Virus record (IMG/VR): IMGVR_UViG_3300047440_000469
DNA from: an uncultured virus (IMG/VR IMGVR_UViG_3300047440_000469)
Taxonomy: Duplodnaviria; Heunggongvirae; Uroviricota; Caudoviricetes
Direction: 5' to 3' (one strand)
Length of the DNA stretch: 64,000 nucleotides
Part shown: positions 63,658 to 64,000 of the stretch, one piece after another
Numbering within the stretch: position 1 is the first letter of the stretch
Layout of the letters: each line of letters starts with the position of its first letter
Translations under genes and position numbers: made by a program
The notes under the pieces: model-generated
The model's database searches: none
Seen by the model: the letters and a program-made list of their open reading frames with translations, nothing else
Told to the model about the DNA's origin: nothing

Positions 63658-64000
63658 TCATGATGTCCTCGTTAGATCGAGATCGGCCTGCAGCGGCGGC
63701 GATGGCGACGACGCCGGTTCGATGAAGAAAAGATCGGGTTGTTCCCGCCGCTTGCGGACGATCTCGCCGATGCGCCGGCAGGCGACGTCGAACCAGCGCT
63801 CGATCTTTTCGACGCCCACGAAATCGCGCCCCAGCATCACGGCGGCAACCCCGGTGGTGCCGGCGCCCATGTAAGGATCGACCACGGTCGCGATGCGGTC
63901 GGCGGTGCGATCGGCTTCCTCGATGCACCAGCGCATCAGGCGCACCGGCTTCTGCGTCGGATGCTCGCGTAGGCCGTTAGCTTCACCGCGTTTGTCGCAG
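63658..64000 (-). CDS. N4/N6 DNA methyltransferase, C-terminal part (truncated by window)
   Basis: HPTQKPVRLMRWCI, DPYMGAGTTG. Confidence 0.88.
   Translation of the reverse strand, partial: CDKRGEANGLREHPTQKPVRLMRWCIEEADRTADRIATVVDPYMGAGTTGVAAVMLGRDFVGVEKIERWFDVACRRIGEIVRKRREQPDLFFIEPASSPSPPLQADLDLTRTS

Larger units (their letters stand above)
1..64000. mobile_element. Temperate myovirus-type phage genome (lambda-like head, Mu-like contractile tail), probably excised/virion form, incomplete at the window edges
   Basis: Continuous replication, lysogeny, recombination, integration, lysis, tail and head modules; no host housekeeping genes; att core has phage genes on both sides. Confidence 0.95.

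Overview
The whole window is most of a temperate tailed phage of a high-GC alphaproteobacterium; GapR, suhB/MmgR-like RNA, NifA-like HTH and Omp25-like fragments point to Hyphomicrobiales/Rhizobiales. Left to right: (i) minus-strand replication/early operon (1-8.3 kb) with AAA_25 helicase, Zn-finger/TOPRIM primase, DUF5131 carrying an in-frame NUMOD4-HNH insert, C5 methyltransferase, RuvC-like, GapR-like and Cro-like genes; (ii) plus-strand CI, YqaJ/RecT, DnaA-domain-IV, xis and int, then an intact attP-like site (3' half of tRNA-Val(CAC) with arm-type repeats on both sides), suggesting the excised or virion form; (iii) an accessory region (15-23.7 kb); (iv) a long minus-strand late operon with lambda-like head genes, a Mu-like contractile tail and lysis genes (23.8-63 kb). 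The most notable findings: (1) a 1,872-bp transposase-free cassette with perfect 20-bp terminal inverted repeats and an 8-bp target duplication, which splits a phage gene and carries a structured RNA leader, a 38-aa ORF and a restriction-modification pair; (2) five glycosyltransferase/methyltransferase-type genes embedded in the tail operon, plus a ~23-aa repeat shared by a fibre-like protein, the baseplate gp48-like protein and the N-terminus of one glyco-enzyme, together a candidate virion-glycosylation and repeat-scaffolded fibre system; (3) stand-alone domains resembling host regulators, including a NifA-type HTH. All family assignments come from motifs read by eye; no database searches or folding programs were run.
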